A stretch of DNA of 61,957 bases, filler included, from Globobulimina sp. (Eukaryota): NCBI GenBank assembly GCA_003354225.1. It is 25 parts of 25 records of this genome, joined end to end, with 100 filler letters (N's around TTAATTAATTAA, not from the genome) between each part and the next. Parts side by side here need not be neighbours in the genome. Positions count along the whole stretch, not along the records: positions 1 to 2,384 come from PIVH01006996.1; positions 2,485 to 4,868 come from PIVH01006997.1; positions 4,969 to 7,351 come from PIVH01006998.1; positions 7,452 to 9,834 come from PIVH01006999.1; positions 9,935 to 12,317 come from PIVH01007000.1; positions 12,418 to 14,800 come from PIVH01007001.1; 19 more parts are not named here. One strand, given 5' to 3'. The position numbers were made by a program, and so were the translations under genes. Under the pieces are notes generated by a model. The model was not told the DNA's origin. It did not search any database and saw only the letters and a list, made by a program, of their open reading frames with translations. Shown one piece after another: positions 1-12,952 of this stretch; position 1 is the stretch's first letter; every line of letters begins with the position of its first letter.

Positions 1-163
1 ATTACAACGGAAATAATGCTGAATCAATAGTTATCAAATCTGAATGTAATTTTTTGGTTTAATTACGGGTTTAAATGTAGCGTTATACCCATATCTTTCT
101 GAAAACTATAAGATAAATATAGATAACATTCAAACGCAAAGTGATTGTCTTAAACTTTGTAAT

Positions 164-824
164 ATGTCATTTGAACTATTTTATGAAACAACTGATTTTG
201 AAAAGTATCAAGAATTGAAAAAGAAAGTTATTGAGTTTAAGTTGGATGGTATGATATTTTATGAATGGATTTTTATTAACAAACCGAGCAACGAGTATAA
301 TGTAATGAGAAGGGGTGCAATTGTTAACAAACTGAGCAACGAGACCGAGTATAATGTAATGAAAAGGGGTCCCATTAGCATGCAGGTTTTATACCCATTT
401 CAGAAACATGGATGTGAATTATATGTATGATCATACTGTGTATAATACATTGGATATAATGTGCTGGTCTCAATCATATATAAATCGTGAAATTCGGGAT
501 TGTTTCATAAATAATAAATATACAATCCATTTAATCAGAAATAACATTGGAAATAATCAATTTTTAGGAGATTTTGTTGATTCAATCAAATCGTTGAGAT
601 CTCAGTTTAATAAATATATCTTAAAAGATCTCACAAGACACGGAGACAGAGACAATAAATATATCTTAAAAGATCCACAAGAAATAATCACAGATATTAA
701 AGTAAAGTTATTCAGCCATCAATTAGTGTTTGGTTATATTGGTAAACTTAGAAACGTAATTCCTTTGGATATTGCCAATTTGATATTGCAATTCTTGAGT
801 AAAATTGGTGGTTTATTTCCGTAA
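164..824 (+). CDS. Hypothetical protein in two overlapping ORFs (possibly one frameshifted gene)
   Basis: ORFs 164-430 and 408-824; internal duplications (EYNVM[RK]RG x2, NKYILKD x2); C-terminal LVFGYI..IPLDIANLILQF motif. Confidence 0.4.
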
Positions 825-916
825 ATGGACATATTTATAATTTATTATTTTTTGGAGATCTGCGAACGTTGTACAAAATGAAAATGAAATACAGTCCAAA
901 AAGTTTCTGGTGCTGT

Positions 917-2384
917 TTAAAAATTCTGTGACAAAGATGATAATAAATCATCAATTTTAGTTGTTATTTCCGCTTTCGTTGATTTATTTTTATCATTATT
1001 CTTAGTATGATAACAGAACCACGCCCAAACATTAGACCATGCATCATATTCTTGATCGATTGTATCATTTAAACTATGCTGACAATCGGGATAAATTAAT
1101 AAACGTGCGTTTAAATTACCATTTCTTGCTTTTAATATCTTATAATAATCAATTGCTTGTTGCATTGGTACTCTTTCATCCTTTGTACCACATAATATCT
1201 GATATGGTGTTTCTACATTTTCTATATAATAATATGGAGATTTCTTATGTATAATTTCCATCTCATTCATGGTTAACGCCTTCATTAAGCATTGTTCCTC
1301 ATAACTTGTATTTATTCCACATTCACATAATACCCAATCAGGAATATCACTTAAACCAAACATCGACAATAAGTTCAAAACAGGATTCCTTGATGTTGCG
1401 CACTGAAAAGTATTTGGATACTGTCCAATTAAATGACCCGTTAAAAATCCGCCATGACTGCCACCCATAACAATCTTTTTTAAATTGTGCGATGATGTAA
1501 CTCCTAATAAATTATCACAATTATCACAAACATAATTAAATGCATTAATACAATCTTTAACATCCATATCACCAATATTCCCATGTAAACAATTTGTAAA
1601 ACTCTCAGATATTCCGATACTTCCTCGATAATTCACTGTGTAACAAATATTTTTGTAATATTTCAGTTTCAACACACTGTTTCCAGCAAATTTCAAGGCT
1701 GAAAAGAGATGGGTTACCTTGTAAAATAGCAAAGCCACTGTACAATAATGTCAACATCGAATATGAAAATAATAATGAATTTGCCGAATGTGGCCCGCCA
1801 TGGACATATAATAATAATATTGGATCTTTCTCGAATGCCGTAATTCCTTTTGGTGGGACATATAATATCGATTCATAAACCTCATTCTCTTTGCTCTCAC
1901 ATTTATTATTAATTATTTGCGTTTTAATATTACAAATTGATTGCATCAAATCATTGTTTCTCTCCTTATTTCCATAATCAATAGTTTTTGTTAAGTTGAA
2001 TATTTTTTTAGTATTTATATTGTAAATATTTGCAGTATGACCTCTTTGTATGGATGATGTCATAAATAATATATCTCCGCCACTAATATCAATATCCAAC
2101 ACTGTTAAATCTCTACAAATCTCATTATTTACATCATTAAAACTCTCAACAATCTCCGCAAACTGATCAAATTTTTCAACAGTTTTCTTTTCAATATCGA
2201 TCAATAAGCTGCCCCAAGTATGCCCATGCAGTGAATTTATAATTAATTGTTTATTATTCAGCCAACATCGTTGTGGAACACCACCATAACAAAATATACC
2301 ACCAAACTCATTATTTTCTATCACCTCCTTTGATGTCACCTTCGTTGGAATGTCAATAATTGTTTCAATATTCACCTTATAATC
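917..2384 (-). CDS. APEH: Acylamino-acid-releasing enzyme (peptidase S9C), 5'-partial
   Basis: VHGGPHS, GGSHGG nucleophile, D-ERVP and H motifs; GT-AG intron 1636-1717 restores ILQVNYRGS. Confidence 0.9.
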
Positions 2385-2484
2385 NNNNNNNNNNNNNNNN
2401 NNNNNNNNNNNNNNNNNNNNNNNNNNNNTTAATTAATTAANNNNNNNNNNNNNNNNNNNNNNNNNNNNNNNNNNNNNNNNNNNN
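2385..2484. other. Artificial 100-bp contig linker (first of 24)
   Basis: N44-TTAATTAATTAA-N44, with stops in all six frames, recurs about every 2.48 kb; contig lengths fall steadily from 2384 to 2380 bp. Confidence 0.99.
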
Positions 2485-2603
2485 ACTCAAATTTTACGCC
2501 TCGTCAAGATAACGGCAAGATACCTTATGCATGGTTTACTTAGAAACAATTTCTATTCGTATATTATTTTCTTTTTTGAATTTATAGTTTATTTCTGGAA
2601 ATT
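2485..2603 (+). repeat. 119-bp terminal direct repeat, copy 1 (contig 2)
   Basis: Identical to 4750-4868. Confidence 0.97.
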
Positions 2604-2610
2604 ACCAATA

Positions 2611-4808
2611 ATGCAGACTTTCGCTGTTAGACTTACCCGTCACTGTCAAGAGGTTGAAAATAAAGAATTACAAAAAATTGTGCCCGCAATTATCAAATTG
2701 CTTGGCGGCGAAGATCTTTGCACCCAATCCTCATTTTGTATCTTTGTGAAAGAGAACAGTTTTAGGACCTATATTGAAAAAATATTAACAAAATCTGTTC
2801 CAGATGAGGCATTCCCATTATCGATATCTATTTCGCTGTGTCTCCGCAAAATTGTGAGCCAAATTGACCAAAATATACCATCAGATTTACAAGAGACTAT
2901 CTGTAAAACATCACAAAATAATGACGATTTATATGGATGTAAAACCTCACAAACTAATGAACAAACTCCGCCGCCTCTTCACACCAAAAAAAAAAACAAA
3001 AAAAGCCAAAAAAATAAAAGAAAAAAAGAAAATGAATCTGTATTGAGCAGTAAAACGATAATGAATCGATTGCAGACTTTGCAGATACCAGCATTCCATA
3101 TGCAACATGACGCTATTAATATGACCAAAGTCCTGTTTGTTGCATTTATAGAATACTATGTTGTTAAAAAATGTGGAATTACCAATTTTTACCAATTTGC
3201 CCATTGCGTGGAGTCGTGGGATAAAGCAGATATTTTAAAACCAGGGTGGAGTGAAAGAGAATTTCGTAAATTATTCAAACTCAATGATAATGATCCGAAT
3301 CCATTTCGCGACATGAAAAATATAATAAAAAAATGGCTCACAAAGGTATATCTCAAAAAGCTAGAGAGCCGAGCGACAATTCGTAAGAAGGGCGGAGAGA
3401 AATTAATTGCCAAATATTTGGTCCATGAGGAATTAGGATGTTGCACCTGCTGTCCAATAAAGTCTTTGACTCGATATGCCAAAAAATATATTCGAAACAA
3501 GTCATTATGTACACAGAATTGTATTAAACATATATCGGATACTCATCGTCCGACATATAATCATATTTGGTATATTTTTTTAGTATATTCTAAATATGTT
3601 TTTAGTAAATTCTTACGCTATATCTATATATACAGCTATCCAGACCAGTATCCATTACCTGTTCGCAGCTGCGAAAATATTGATAATATGCCAAAGATAC
3701 ATTATACTCATCGATATAATAGTAATCTCATAATGCTGCAAATTGTGGATCGAAAAACAAACGCCATATTCTATGATTTAGGTGCAAAAATGTTAAATTT
3801 CGCGGAAGATTATACTCGTTTTGTATGGCAAAAGCAAATTACTATTACTCATACCAAAATAGGTTCTATTAAGACCGCCCAAGACCTACCCCTGCCTCAG
3901 AGTCCTGCTTCTGGTCACTATGTGCGCCCACCACAATTTGTAAAGACACCAAATGTCGTGACTCCATTTAATAATCGATGTATCAAACATAACAGAAATC
4001 GATGTATATTATTTTTACTATATTTTTAGTATATTTTTCTTTATTTTTAGTATATTTATAATAATATATATATATATATATATTTAGCTGTTGTCGATAA
4101 TGCATTTCGTTCACGAATAAATAATGTAATGAGTGTAATAATGAATGTCCTCTATTTTTTAATTTTTTTTTTGAATGCTAAAATAATCTGTTTTGTGAAA
4201 AATTTATTATACAGAAAAAAAAGCGATCAAATATGGAACCTTTAGCAGATGGTGATCCAAATCATTTAAATTTACGACTAATACAACCGATTAGACCACC
4301 CCTTCCAAAGAAACGGAAAAAAAATAATATTTGTTATCATAATTGTAGTTATATCAAATCGAAAAATGCACCAAAAACAATGATAAAATATAAAAACCCT
4401 GTACCAGTACCAACACATTGCAGTCGATGTGAACGCGAATTGCCGAAACATAGGAAGTTTTGGATATGTGCAATGTGTGCAGACAAAGATTCAGTATTAT
4501 GTATAGAATGTAATAAAGAGCAATGTACAGAGTGCGAGGATGATGATGATAATTATTATGATGATGAAGATGAAGATGATGAAGATGAAGATGAAGATGA
4601 AGATGATGATAATTATGATGATGATGATGATGATGAGGATGAGGAGGTTGAGTATGAGGATGAGGATGATAAAATGAGTGGTCCAATAGTATTAAATTTA
4701 TGCTCATCATCATCAGAGTCAGATACAAACCCACGTTCACGGCTATCGAACTCAAATTTTACGCCTCGTCAAGATAACGGCAAGATACCTTATGCATGGT
4801 TTACTTAG
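2611..4808 (+). CDS. Hypothetical ~652-aa protein with Cys-rich (ZZ-like) zinc finger, basic NLS-like tracts and D/E tract
   Basis: GT-AG introns 3570-3635, 4004-4087 and 4126-4214 join the ORFs in frame; CSRC..CAMC..CIEC..CTEC. Confidence 0.7.
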
Positions 4809-4868
4809 AAACAATTTCTATTCGTATATTATTTTCTTTTTTGAATTTATAGTTTATTTCTGGAAATT
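4750..4868 (+). repeat. 119-bp terminal direct repeat, copy 2 (contig 2)
   Basis: Identical to 2485-2603. Confidence 0.97.
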
Positions 4869-5742
4869 NNNNNNNNNNNNNNNNNNNNNNNNNNNNNNNN
4901 NNNNNNNNNNNNTTAATTAATTAANNNNNNNNNNNNNNNNNNNNNNNNNNNNNNNNNNNNNNNNNNNNGGCACGGAGGTTCGGCATATTCATCAGATTGT
5001 ATTGAGGTGCGGTGGGATCCATATTTCTTCCATCCATGCTATCACACTGACAGACAACAATTTAGTTAACAGTGTATGTAATTAATGCATATTGCAGTAT
5101 GTACACATCGCATACCATTAAAAATATAATATTGGGCTGTGTTGACTGTGCCGACATCGAATGAATTATGCAGAGAATACACATAATCCATATCAGTTGC
5201 ATGAGTCCAACAGCCATGTTCTAAATTTAAAGTTTTTTTGAGTATAAAGTTATCCTACCTCAACATCAAATTGTATCAGTACATCAATAATCTTATTCAA
5301 TATATAATTTATCACAAACAGTTTGCATCAAAATCCGAATTATTTCAAGATTTAAATGATGATTGTAAACAATTTAAATGGCTTTGTAATGAATTAGAAA
5401 ATAATAAAAATAAAATATGTTTTAAATAAAGAATTGCGATCATTTATTACGAATTGCATATTGTTTGCGATATTATCAATTATTATGTAAGAAAGGGTGT
5501 CTAGATGACATCCATAATTTTTCAATTTTATAACATAAGGCCACGAAATGGACCTGATATGTTTATTATGTTATGGTCTGATATCAATTATGTTATGCTG
5601 TGATTTACAATGAATTGAGCGTCGGAATGAGCGATGGTCACTGTTGACCATTACGACAACTCAAAACTTTGTAGTTTTAGGTATTAGTAAATAGCATGAA
5701 TAGCTACAAAGAAAAATTAAAAAAAATAAATTAATATGCGAT

Positions 5743-7351
5743 TTATTTGAATTGTAAATCAGTAATTCTATCATTCATTGCTTTTATAACGTCAGAACAA
5801 CTTTGTAATCCCGTTAATGTTTCATCAAAATCAGTAGAAATAGCATTCACTAATTGTTCAAATTCAACTAATTGCACAGATTGGATACTTTCTTGATCAT
5901 TTTCATTCTCGTTCTCGTTCTCAATATTAAATGTTGAAGTGTCCGACATTGAGCTATCCGTATTATTGTGATTGTGATTATTATTTTGATAAATATCCTC
6001 ATTTAATTTTGTTTGAATATCAGTCATTGTCCACCAATATTCATCCAATTCAGAAATACGTTGAACAATTTCAATATTATTAACATGACTATTAATACAA
6101 TCTATTTTCAATTTATTTAGCGAAGACAATATATTTTGTTTATTATTATTATCATTCCATGACGAAACCGGCAGTATTTTATTTAAAACTAATTCGTGTC
6201 TATCATCAAAGCAACATGGCGGCCATGAAACATTCCGATGTATTCCCTTCAGAATATTTCCTTTAATTTTCTCGATTTCGCCATTCCAAAATGTAACTTT
6301 TTCTTCCATTGTAAATAAACCAGGCTTGGAATCAAATATTTTCTCAAATATTTTATTCATTATTTTGCCTGATTTAATCCTATATAAATACGGATATTTT
6401 GGTGAATATTTCACCATCCAATCCATGCAATATTTAAATATATCCCTATCATTATACGACGTAATGCCAATTATTTTAATTGGCCAATTATTATTTATCC
6501 CCAATACATTCCTAATTATTTCAATATCATTCTCTCTCAATTCAATTAACGTATTTTCATTGTCTCGCAACTGTATATTCAACGGTTGACATTTAAGTAA
6601 TATCAGCATACAACAACTGCTATTCTCATGTAACAATATCAAATTATCATTAATTTTCTTTTTTTCTTTTTTCAATCCATGTATTAGATCATTAATATGC
6701 TGTTTATTCAAACTCCATTTCGAATCATCACAATCTAACAAAGCAGTAACCCCCGCTAATAAATGTACGTATCCTTGGAAGCCACGCACACAATTTGCCG
6801 ACTGCGCGCCTATAGATTTTATCTTATTATCCGTAATCACACAGTAATGCAATCGCATATTATTACACACATAAACCTTTTTAAATAATTCCTCATTCTG
6901 CAAACAGCCAAAGTTATATAATATCAATTCATTATACTCCTTATCCTCGCTCACAGAGAGTAAGATATTGAATACCAGCTCCATCGGATGCATATTGTTA
7001 TAATTTATATTCTCACTGTTATGTAACATCATATTCAATCCATTTTTATTCCGCTCATACAAAATATGTATAAGCTCCGTGTAATCCCATGCCACTCCGC
7101 CAACATTGCTATTTTTATTGAATTTTGTCCGTTTGATATGCAAATCGCTGCCATTGTCATCAAAACAGGGCTGAGGAGTCTTCCTTTTACGATTTATCTT
7201 TGCCGGCGAGTGTGCCTGCAATAATAACAGGGTATTTTTGATTGACTGCGTTTTGCATAATATGTCATCAGCACTTGACAGCCGATAATGTTTACGTATC
7301 GTCCACAATTCATTTGCTTTCCGTTGCAAATCTAAAACAAACCGCCGTACA
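5743..7351 (-). CDS. Hypothetical protein, >528 aa, intronless in this contig, 5'-partial
   Basis: Long uninterrupted ORF open to the contig edge; no family recognised. Confidence 0.7.
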
Positions 7352-7451
7352 NNNNNNNNNNNNNNNNNNNNNNNNNNNNNNNNNNNNNNNNNNNNTTAAT
7401 TAATTAANNNNNNNNNNNNNNNNNNNNNNNNNNNNNNNNNNNNNNNNNNNN

Positions 7452-7954
7452 TCGATAAAGTGTTATTGACTGAGTTTAATACCATTCAATTTGCAACCAA
7501 TCATACTGTAATAAAGAATATAAATAATAAATTATTAAACTGTTGTTGGCAAATACCACCAATCATAAATGAAGAAAATTATTTTGATGGGAGGCAGTTA
7601 AAATCATTTGATTTGTGGAGTATCGGTAAATTAACATTATTTTTGTTAACCGGACAATTAAATATTTTATCTGAAAATAAAACAATCAGTAATTTAGCAA
7701 ATGATTTTATCACTAAATTATTATCCAATCGAATGACGGCGAAGAATGCCTTAAATCATGAATGGATGACTGATAATAATATTAATCGGGATATAATAAA
7801 TAGGGATAAAACTATTTATGTTACGATGTACAAACATCATCAAAAACAATTGATAAATAAAAATAAAATTTTAGAACAGGAAATGAAAGATTTATTAATC
7901 AATGATCAGAAAGAATTAAATGAACAAATATCAAAAATAAAAATCAATAAATGA
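7452..7954 (+). CDS. Protein kinase-like C-lobe fragment (probable pseudokinase), 5'-partial
   Basis: DLWSIG..LLTG, ISNLANDFITKLL..RMTAKNALNHEW; DFG position reads EFN. Confidence 0.7.
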
Positions 7955-8069
7955 CTGTCACTGAGTTTGATCAAATATCATCTTTGGAGAATAAGTGTGT
8001 TTAATTACGTTTTGTTTTTTCATAACTTTTTTTTCGTAGCTGTCATTAATTCATAATTTTAATTTCTTA

Positions 8070-8983
8070 AAAAGCCAAATTATTCGTTTTGTATAGCACA
8101 GATTGCTGAAACATCCATGTGACAGATTGTATGAAGATTGAAGAAATCATCGCATACTAATTTATAGATCGATAACACACTGTTACGTATACCAGTATCT
8201 GTTTCATGATCAATAAATTTACAATTATTCACATTTAAATGCCATCCATGATGTGCCAAAATTGGGTTTTTACCACCTTGTTAGTTCACAATTCTCCAAC
8301 TGTAACATTGCATTTTCCTTCACACAAAATCCAATTCTTCGATGAATTCCTTTGATGTTTCGAATATAGATATCGCATGTTTTGAATAAAGCTACCGTTA
8401 CCTTTAATCGTTACAGCTGTTCCCACGCCAATTAATTGTACATTGAGAGGCTTTCTTGAAAGCCAATCGATCTATTTGGGGCATATTATAAACACTGTTA
8501 TGAACTAATAATGTATCGCCGGAACTGCAAATCTCTAATGTCTCTCCAATATCTTGCATTGGTCCGTTATATCCCAATCCCAGCTCAATATTATGCAATT
8601 TTGGACTGTTTGGATCAATAATGTAGTATATTGACGACTTGCTTCTTAAAAATTAGTATATTATTAAATATTAAATAAATGACATTGTCTGTTGACGATT
8701 TATAAGAAGTTCCATCGTTTGATTTAAATGATATATCGACAAATGACTCATTATCCTGCAGCAAATGCTTTGTTTTGGAATGTTTATCGTCGACACATTG
8801 GATCGTTGCACGTTGATTTGCACATTTCCAATTTTCATAATGCAACAACAACAATAAATGCTTCCTGACTTCGATGAAAAATATTGGATTGGTGAAAAAT
8901 ATAGATATTGCCAGACAGGATTCGTTGATAATATCTTTTTGTTTGATGTCAATAAAAATTAATTTCTCCATCATTTCCTTCAT
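8070..8983 (-). pseudogene. Degraded gene, possibly right-handed beta-helix family
   Basis: Fragmented ORFs; IGETLEICSSGDTLLVHNSVY resembles a beta-helix N-cap; frameshifts and stops. Confidence 0.35.
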
Positions 8984-9834
8984 TGTAAATACACAAAATA
9001 GATTGGAAGCGCATTGATGCAGTTAAAGTTAATTATATTTCTCTTTAGTTCGTCACAATTGTACATGTTTATAAGATTACTGATCAGAAATATTATATCG
9101 GAGAGCAGTATCAGCCAAATCATAACTAACATCGATTGGATATATATATATAATGAATTATCCAATAAAACCCCTAAAACATACCAATATTTATATGCAC
9201 CAATAACCGAATAGGTACTCCATATTTTGCCACTACGCATTCCTGATCTATATCGAAAATATGCATCAATCATTGTTCCCGATGTATCGGGCCGTAGCAA
9301 CAAGCCATCACTGGAGCAACATCTCATAATTAATTTAGCGTCACTATAACCTGTAATATATACATGTCAAAAAATACAATAATATTTTGTTAAAACATAT
9401 CAATTCTATCCGCAAACGTCCATGGCCCATTGGATAAGGACAAAATAGCTGACTGCAATCTGTTATATGGTTCATGTGTGCCAGCATTATAATGACCAGT
9501 TTGGGGGTCTGGCTGCGACCAATAACTGTCTTTCGATGGATTCAGAAGTCATTAAATGCCGCGGATAATCCATTCAATATTGTACACTCAAACCATGTGC
9601 ATCCGCTTCCGTACCCATTTGCATCAACCAATCCCGTCCAAAACTCGTAGAGTTCCATAATAATGGTATTTCATCCTCCGATGTGCTCAGCCAATCTTGC
9701 TCATAATTAACTAATCCCCAATCAGTATTTGCATCGAATAAATATTTCCAGAAAGCTCTAGTTAACGGCAACGATGATTTGGAGGACCATGTAAAGTCAT
9801 AATTGCCCACTTCGTGTTGGTTTGGTATGTTGTC
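8980..9834 (-). pseudogene. Putative glycoside-hydrolase-like protein fragment, partly disrupted
   Basis: YEQDWL, WLMQMG..A....SVQY and MRCCSSDGLLLRPD motifs; reading frame broken after SVQY. Confidence 0.45.
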
Positions 9835-9934
9835 NNNNNNNNNNNNNNNNNNNNNNNNNNNNNNNNNNNNNNNNNNNNTTAATTAATTAANNNNNNNNNN
9901 NNNNNNNNNNNNNNNNNNNNNNNNNNNNNNNNNN

Positions 9935-10440
9935 CATTTAAGAGTCATATTAAACAGAATTCATTTTTAAATGCAATGAGTGAAATTATTTATGTATTTG
10001 CTGAATTCATGAAAGAGGAACAAAATGATATTGGTCGCAAAGACATGACCGGGTTAATTTTATTAAAATATGTAGAAAATAAACAATTGATTGTGGATGA
10101 AATAATATCATATGCTAAATTTGTAAGGAACATAAACGAAAAGGAAATAATGGTACAAAATATGTTAAATATTATGAAGAATGTTATTGAACAAATATAT
10201 TTACCGCAGACACATAGTATTTCACAGAAATTAAGTGAGTCAATGTTATGTCAATGGAACAGTGAGGAAATGTTTGTATTATTAAAGTGTTTTTCAAAAA
10301 ATGATCAAATGTGTTTGATGGTCAAATTAGAAAAGGTGTTAAAGGACACCATACGTTCGCATTGGAGCGACACAAACAAACAATTAGCAACATATTTATA
10401 TACAACGTATCATGAGAAATACCCAAAAATATTTTTATAG
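9935..10440 (+). CDS. Hypothetical helical protein, C-terminal fragment
   Basis: ORF of at least 154 aa running from the contig edge. Confidence 0.5.
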
Positions 10441-10485
10441 CGCTTTTGTTTTTGTTTCGCATGCAACTAAGTTATATATTAACAA

Positions 10486-12317
10486 CTAATTATAAATCCA
10501 TTGCTGTACACAATACTCATCCGGTGACACATTACCATCCGGGTATGATATCGATTCATTCCATTCAAGATATGGCGGATTTGGCGGTTGCGTTTCATCG
10601 CAGAGTTTTGGATAAATACCGGCCATAAATTGTTGCAGTAACCATTCATTTTCCTCCTTTTGTTCATCTAAAACCCCAAATATGTCACTCAATAACTGTC
10701 CAATTTCATAATTTGTCCGATGTCCATAAAATCTATTTGCCGACGGTCCATATGCATATAAGCTGATATCCGCGCCAGTATGTCCGTGCGTGGTCCATCC
10801 GGTCAATGTCCTCGCATTCATTAAAGGCGCATACTTCCGTTGTTCAGTCGAGTCTCCTCCATCCACATTCAGCCAGGTATTGTTAATATATCTCTTTTCT
10901 TGCTCACTTAGTTCAACACAACAAATAAATATATTTACCCAACCTCCAATGCACTGTACACACACCTCAAAGGATATACATTTCCTAAATAATTCTCTTC
11001 AATCAATGCATAAACATCTTCAACATCCGTCTCATTTTCAGACGCAAGCATAGCATCAATAGCAGTCTCCAGCCATTCAGCAGTATGCTTCGCAAATTGC
11101 ACCTCCCACGGATAAAATTTATACAATCCTTGATTTTCAATCACATCCTGGACACCATCCGGCGGCGCTACCTCCATCGAATAGATATAATCGCCCCAAT
11201 ACTGCGCAATGCCGCCACTCTCCCAATCCCTCGGCATGCTGTCCAGTACATAATGGACCAGCTCCTCCTTCATCAACGAGGCGTCTCTGCCAATGCTCAA
11301 ACCGCCGGTTTCATGGTCAGCCAGCACCACCACCAATGTGTCGCCGTCCATTTCCGCAAACTCCATCACGGACTGCACGCATTGCTCAAACTCCTCCATC
11401 TCCCACAACAAACAAACAATGTCATTGTCATGGCCGCAATAATCAATTTTAGCGCCTTCAATCATTAAAAAAAAGCCTTTCTTGTCGCCATATTTAGCAT
11501 GCAACAATTCAATGGCTTTCATGCTCATTTGCTCCAAATCTGGAATGTCAGCAGCTGTGCTTTCGCCATTTATGCGGTCCAAATAATATGGAAAATGGTT
11601 ACTGGCCAACAATCCTAACACAGGCAAGTCAGCAGCTTGTAAGTTGATAAATTCTTCGGAAGCCTCCACCAATGTGTTCCAGTGATAAGTGTCCCGCCAA
11701 ACACTGCTATCGTTCCAAAATGCTGTGCCATCATATAAGGTCTCAAAATGCTGCTTGCCGCCACCAAACATGACATCAGTGAGCGGCGCGGCATTATATT
11801 GTCTGGTCGCTTGTTGATGCGCTATTAATTTGCTCCAATATCTCCAGATTGTATGCGCAGTGAAGGCAGCGGGCGTCGCGTCTGTCACAGATTTGGTGGA
11901 TATAATACCGGTCCCTTTGCCTTGGCGCTTGGCTGCGGCCAAAATGGAAGCCACTGGGTTCATATTCTCGTCTGTGCCAAGGAAACGGTTTTGTGTCGGC
12001 ACGCCTGATGCGAGAGCCACTGCGCCCGCCGCACTGTCGGTGATGCCGAAAGGATATGAGTTGGTCGGTGATGTCGAATATCTGCCTTTGAAATATGCAT
12101 CGATGAAATTGAATGTCTTGTTTTTGTAGATTCTGTAGGCGGCGTTGTAGGATGTGCCCATTCCATCGCCTATGAGCAGAATTAGATTTTTTGGCGTCGC
12201 AGTATCGAATTTGGAGGAGTCGGAGGATGAGGAATTGTTTAGTTCGACGACAAGGACGATACTGCTGATGATGCTGGCCATTGCAATCAATGCTGACACG
12301 GATATGAAGATTTTATA
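10486..12317 (-). CDS. Alkaline phosphatase (PhoA-type) with N-terminal membrane anchor
   Basis: LIGDGMG, TDSAAG (Ser nucleophile), DATPAAF, EGAKIDYCGH, ADHETGG, GWTTHGHTG; intron 10907-10965. Confidence 0.95.
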
Positions 12318-12489
12318 NNNNNNNNNNNNNNNNNNNNNNNNNNNNNNNNNNNNNNNNNNNNTTAATTAATTAANNNNNNNNNNNNNNNNNNNNNNNNNNN
12401 NNNNNNNNNNNNNNNNNATGAATAGCCAAGGGCACACCCGGTGCGATACAGGTAGAAAGCAGCAGGTCTTTATTAACACATTGCAGGGC

Positions 12490-12716
12490 AAATATTTCAG
12501 TGCAGTTATCAAGGGAATACTGCGGTGATTAATCAATATGGTCAAATTGTATATAAACGTGTGAATTATTTGAAAGCATCAGAATTAAAAGTAGTGGATG
12601 TCCCAATTATTAGTCACAACACATTTTATCAATATGGTGGATTTATATTTGATTATATTTGTTTAGTGTTGGCTGTATTATCAATTATTATTTTCTTTTT
12701 CAAAAGTTACAAATGA
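12490..12716 (+). CDS. C-terminus of a CN-hydrolase / apolipoprotein N-acyltransferase-like protein
   Basis: CSYQGNTAVINQYGQI...VDVP...TFYQYGGFIFDYIC followed by a TM helix. Confidence 0.55.
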
Positions 12717-12952
12717 ATCCATTAAAATGGCTGTACTTTGCATTTTTGATCAATAATAGCTGGGATACAAAGTGCAACCGTTTAAATGAAATCAATTTAA
12801 CTCAAAGAAAGCAACACAAAGCACCGATTCAAAGAAAGCTGAAACAGCAATCAATCGACAATCTCAACAAAAAAACATGATTGATAAATTTGTATTGGTT
12901 TTTGTTTTTGATTTAAATTAATTTGCATATGAAAATGCAACAGAATTAAAGA

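Noticed and set aside
2385-2484. Regularly spaced TTAATTAATTAA motif as a biological repeat or CRISPR-like array
   Set aside because: Always flanked by N-runs of fixed length; it is an artificial six-frame-stop linker.
4354-4755. His-rich minus-strand ORF
   Set aside because: Antisense shadow of the (GAT/GAA)n acidic tract of the plus-strand gene.
4969-5260. Possible minus-strand exon fragments (HGCWTHATDMDY...)
   Set aside because: Short, contains a stop, and no family can be supported.
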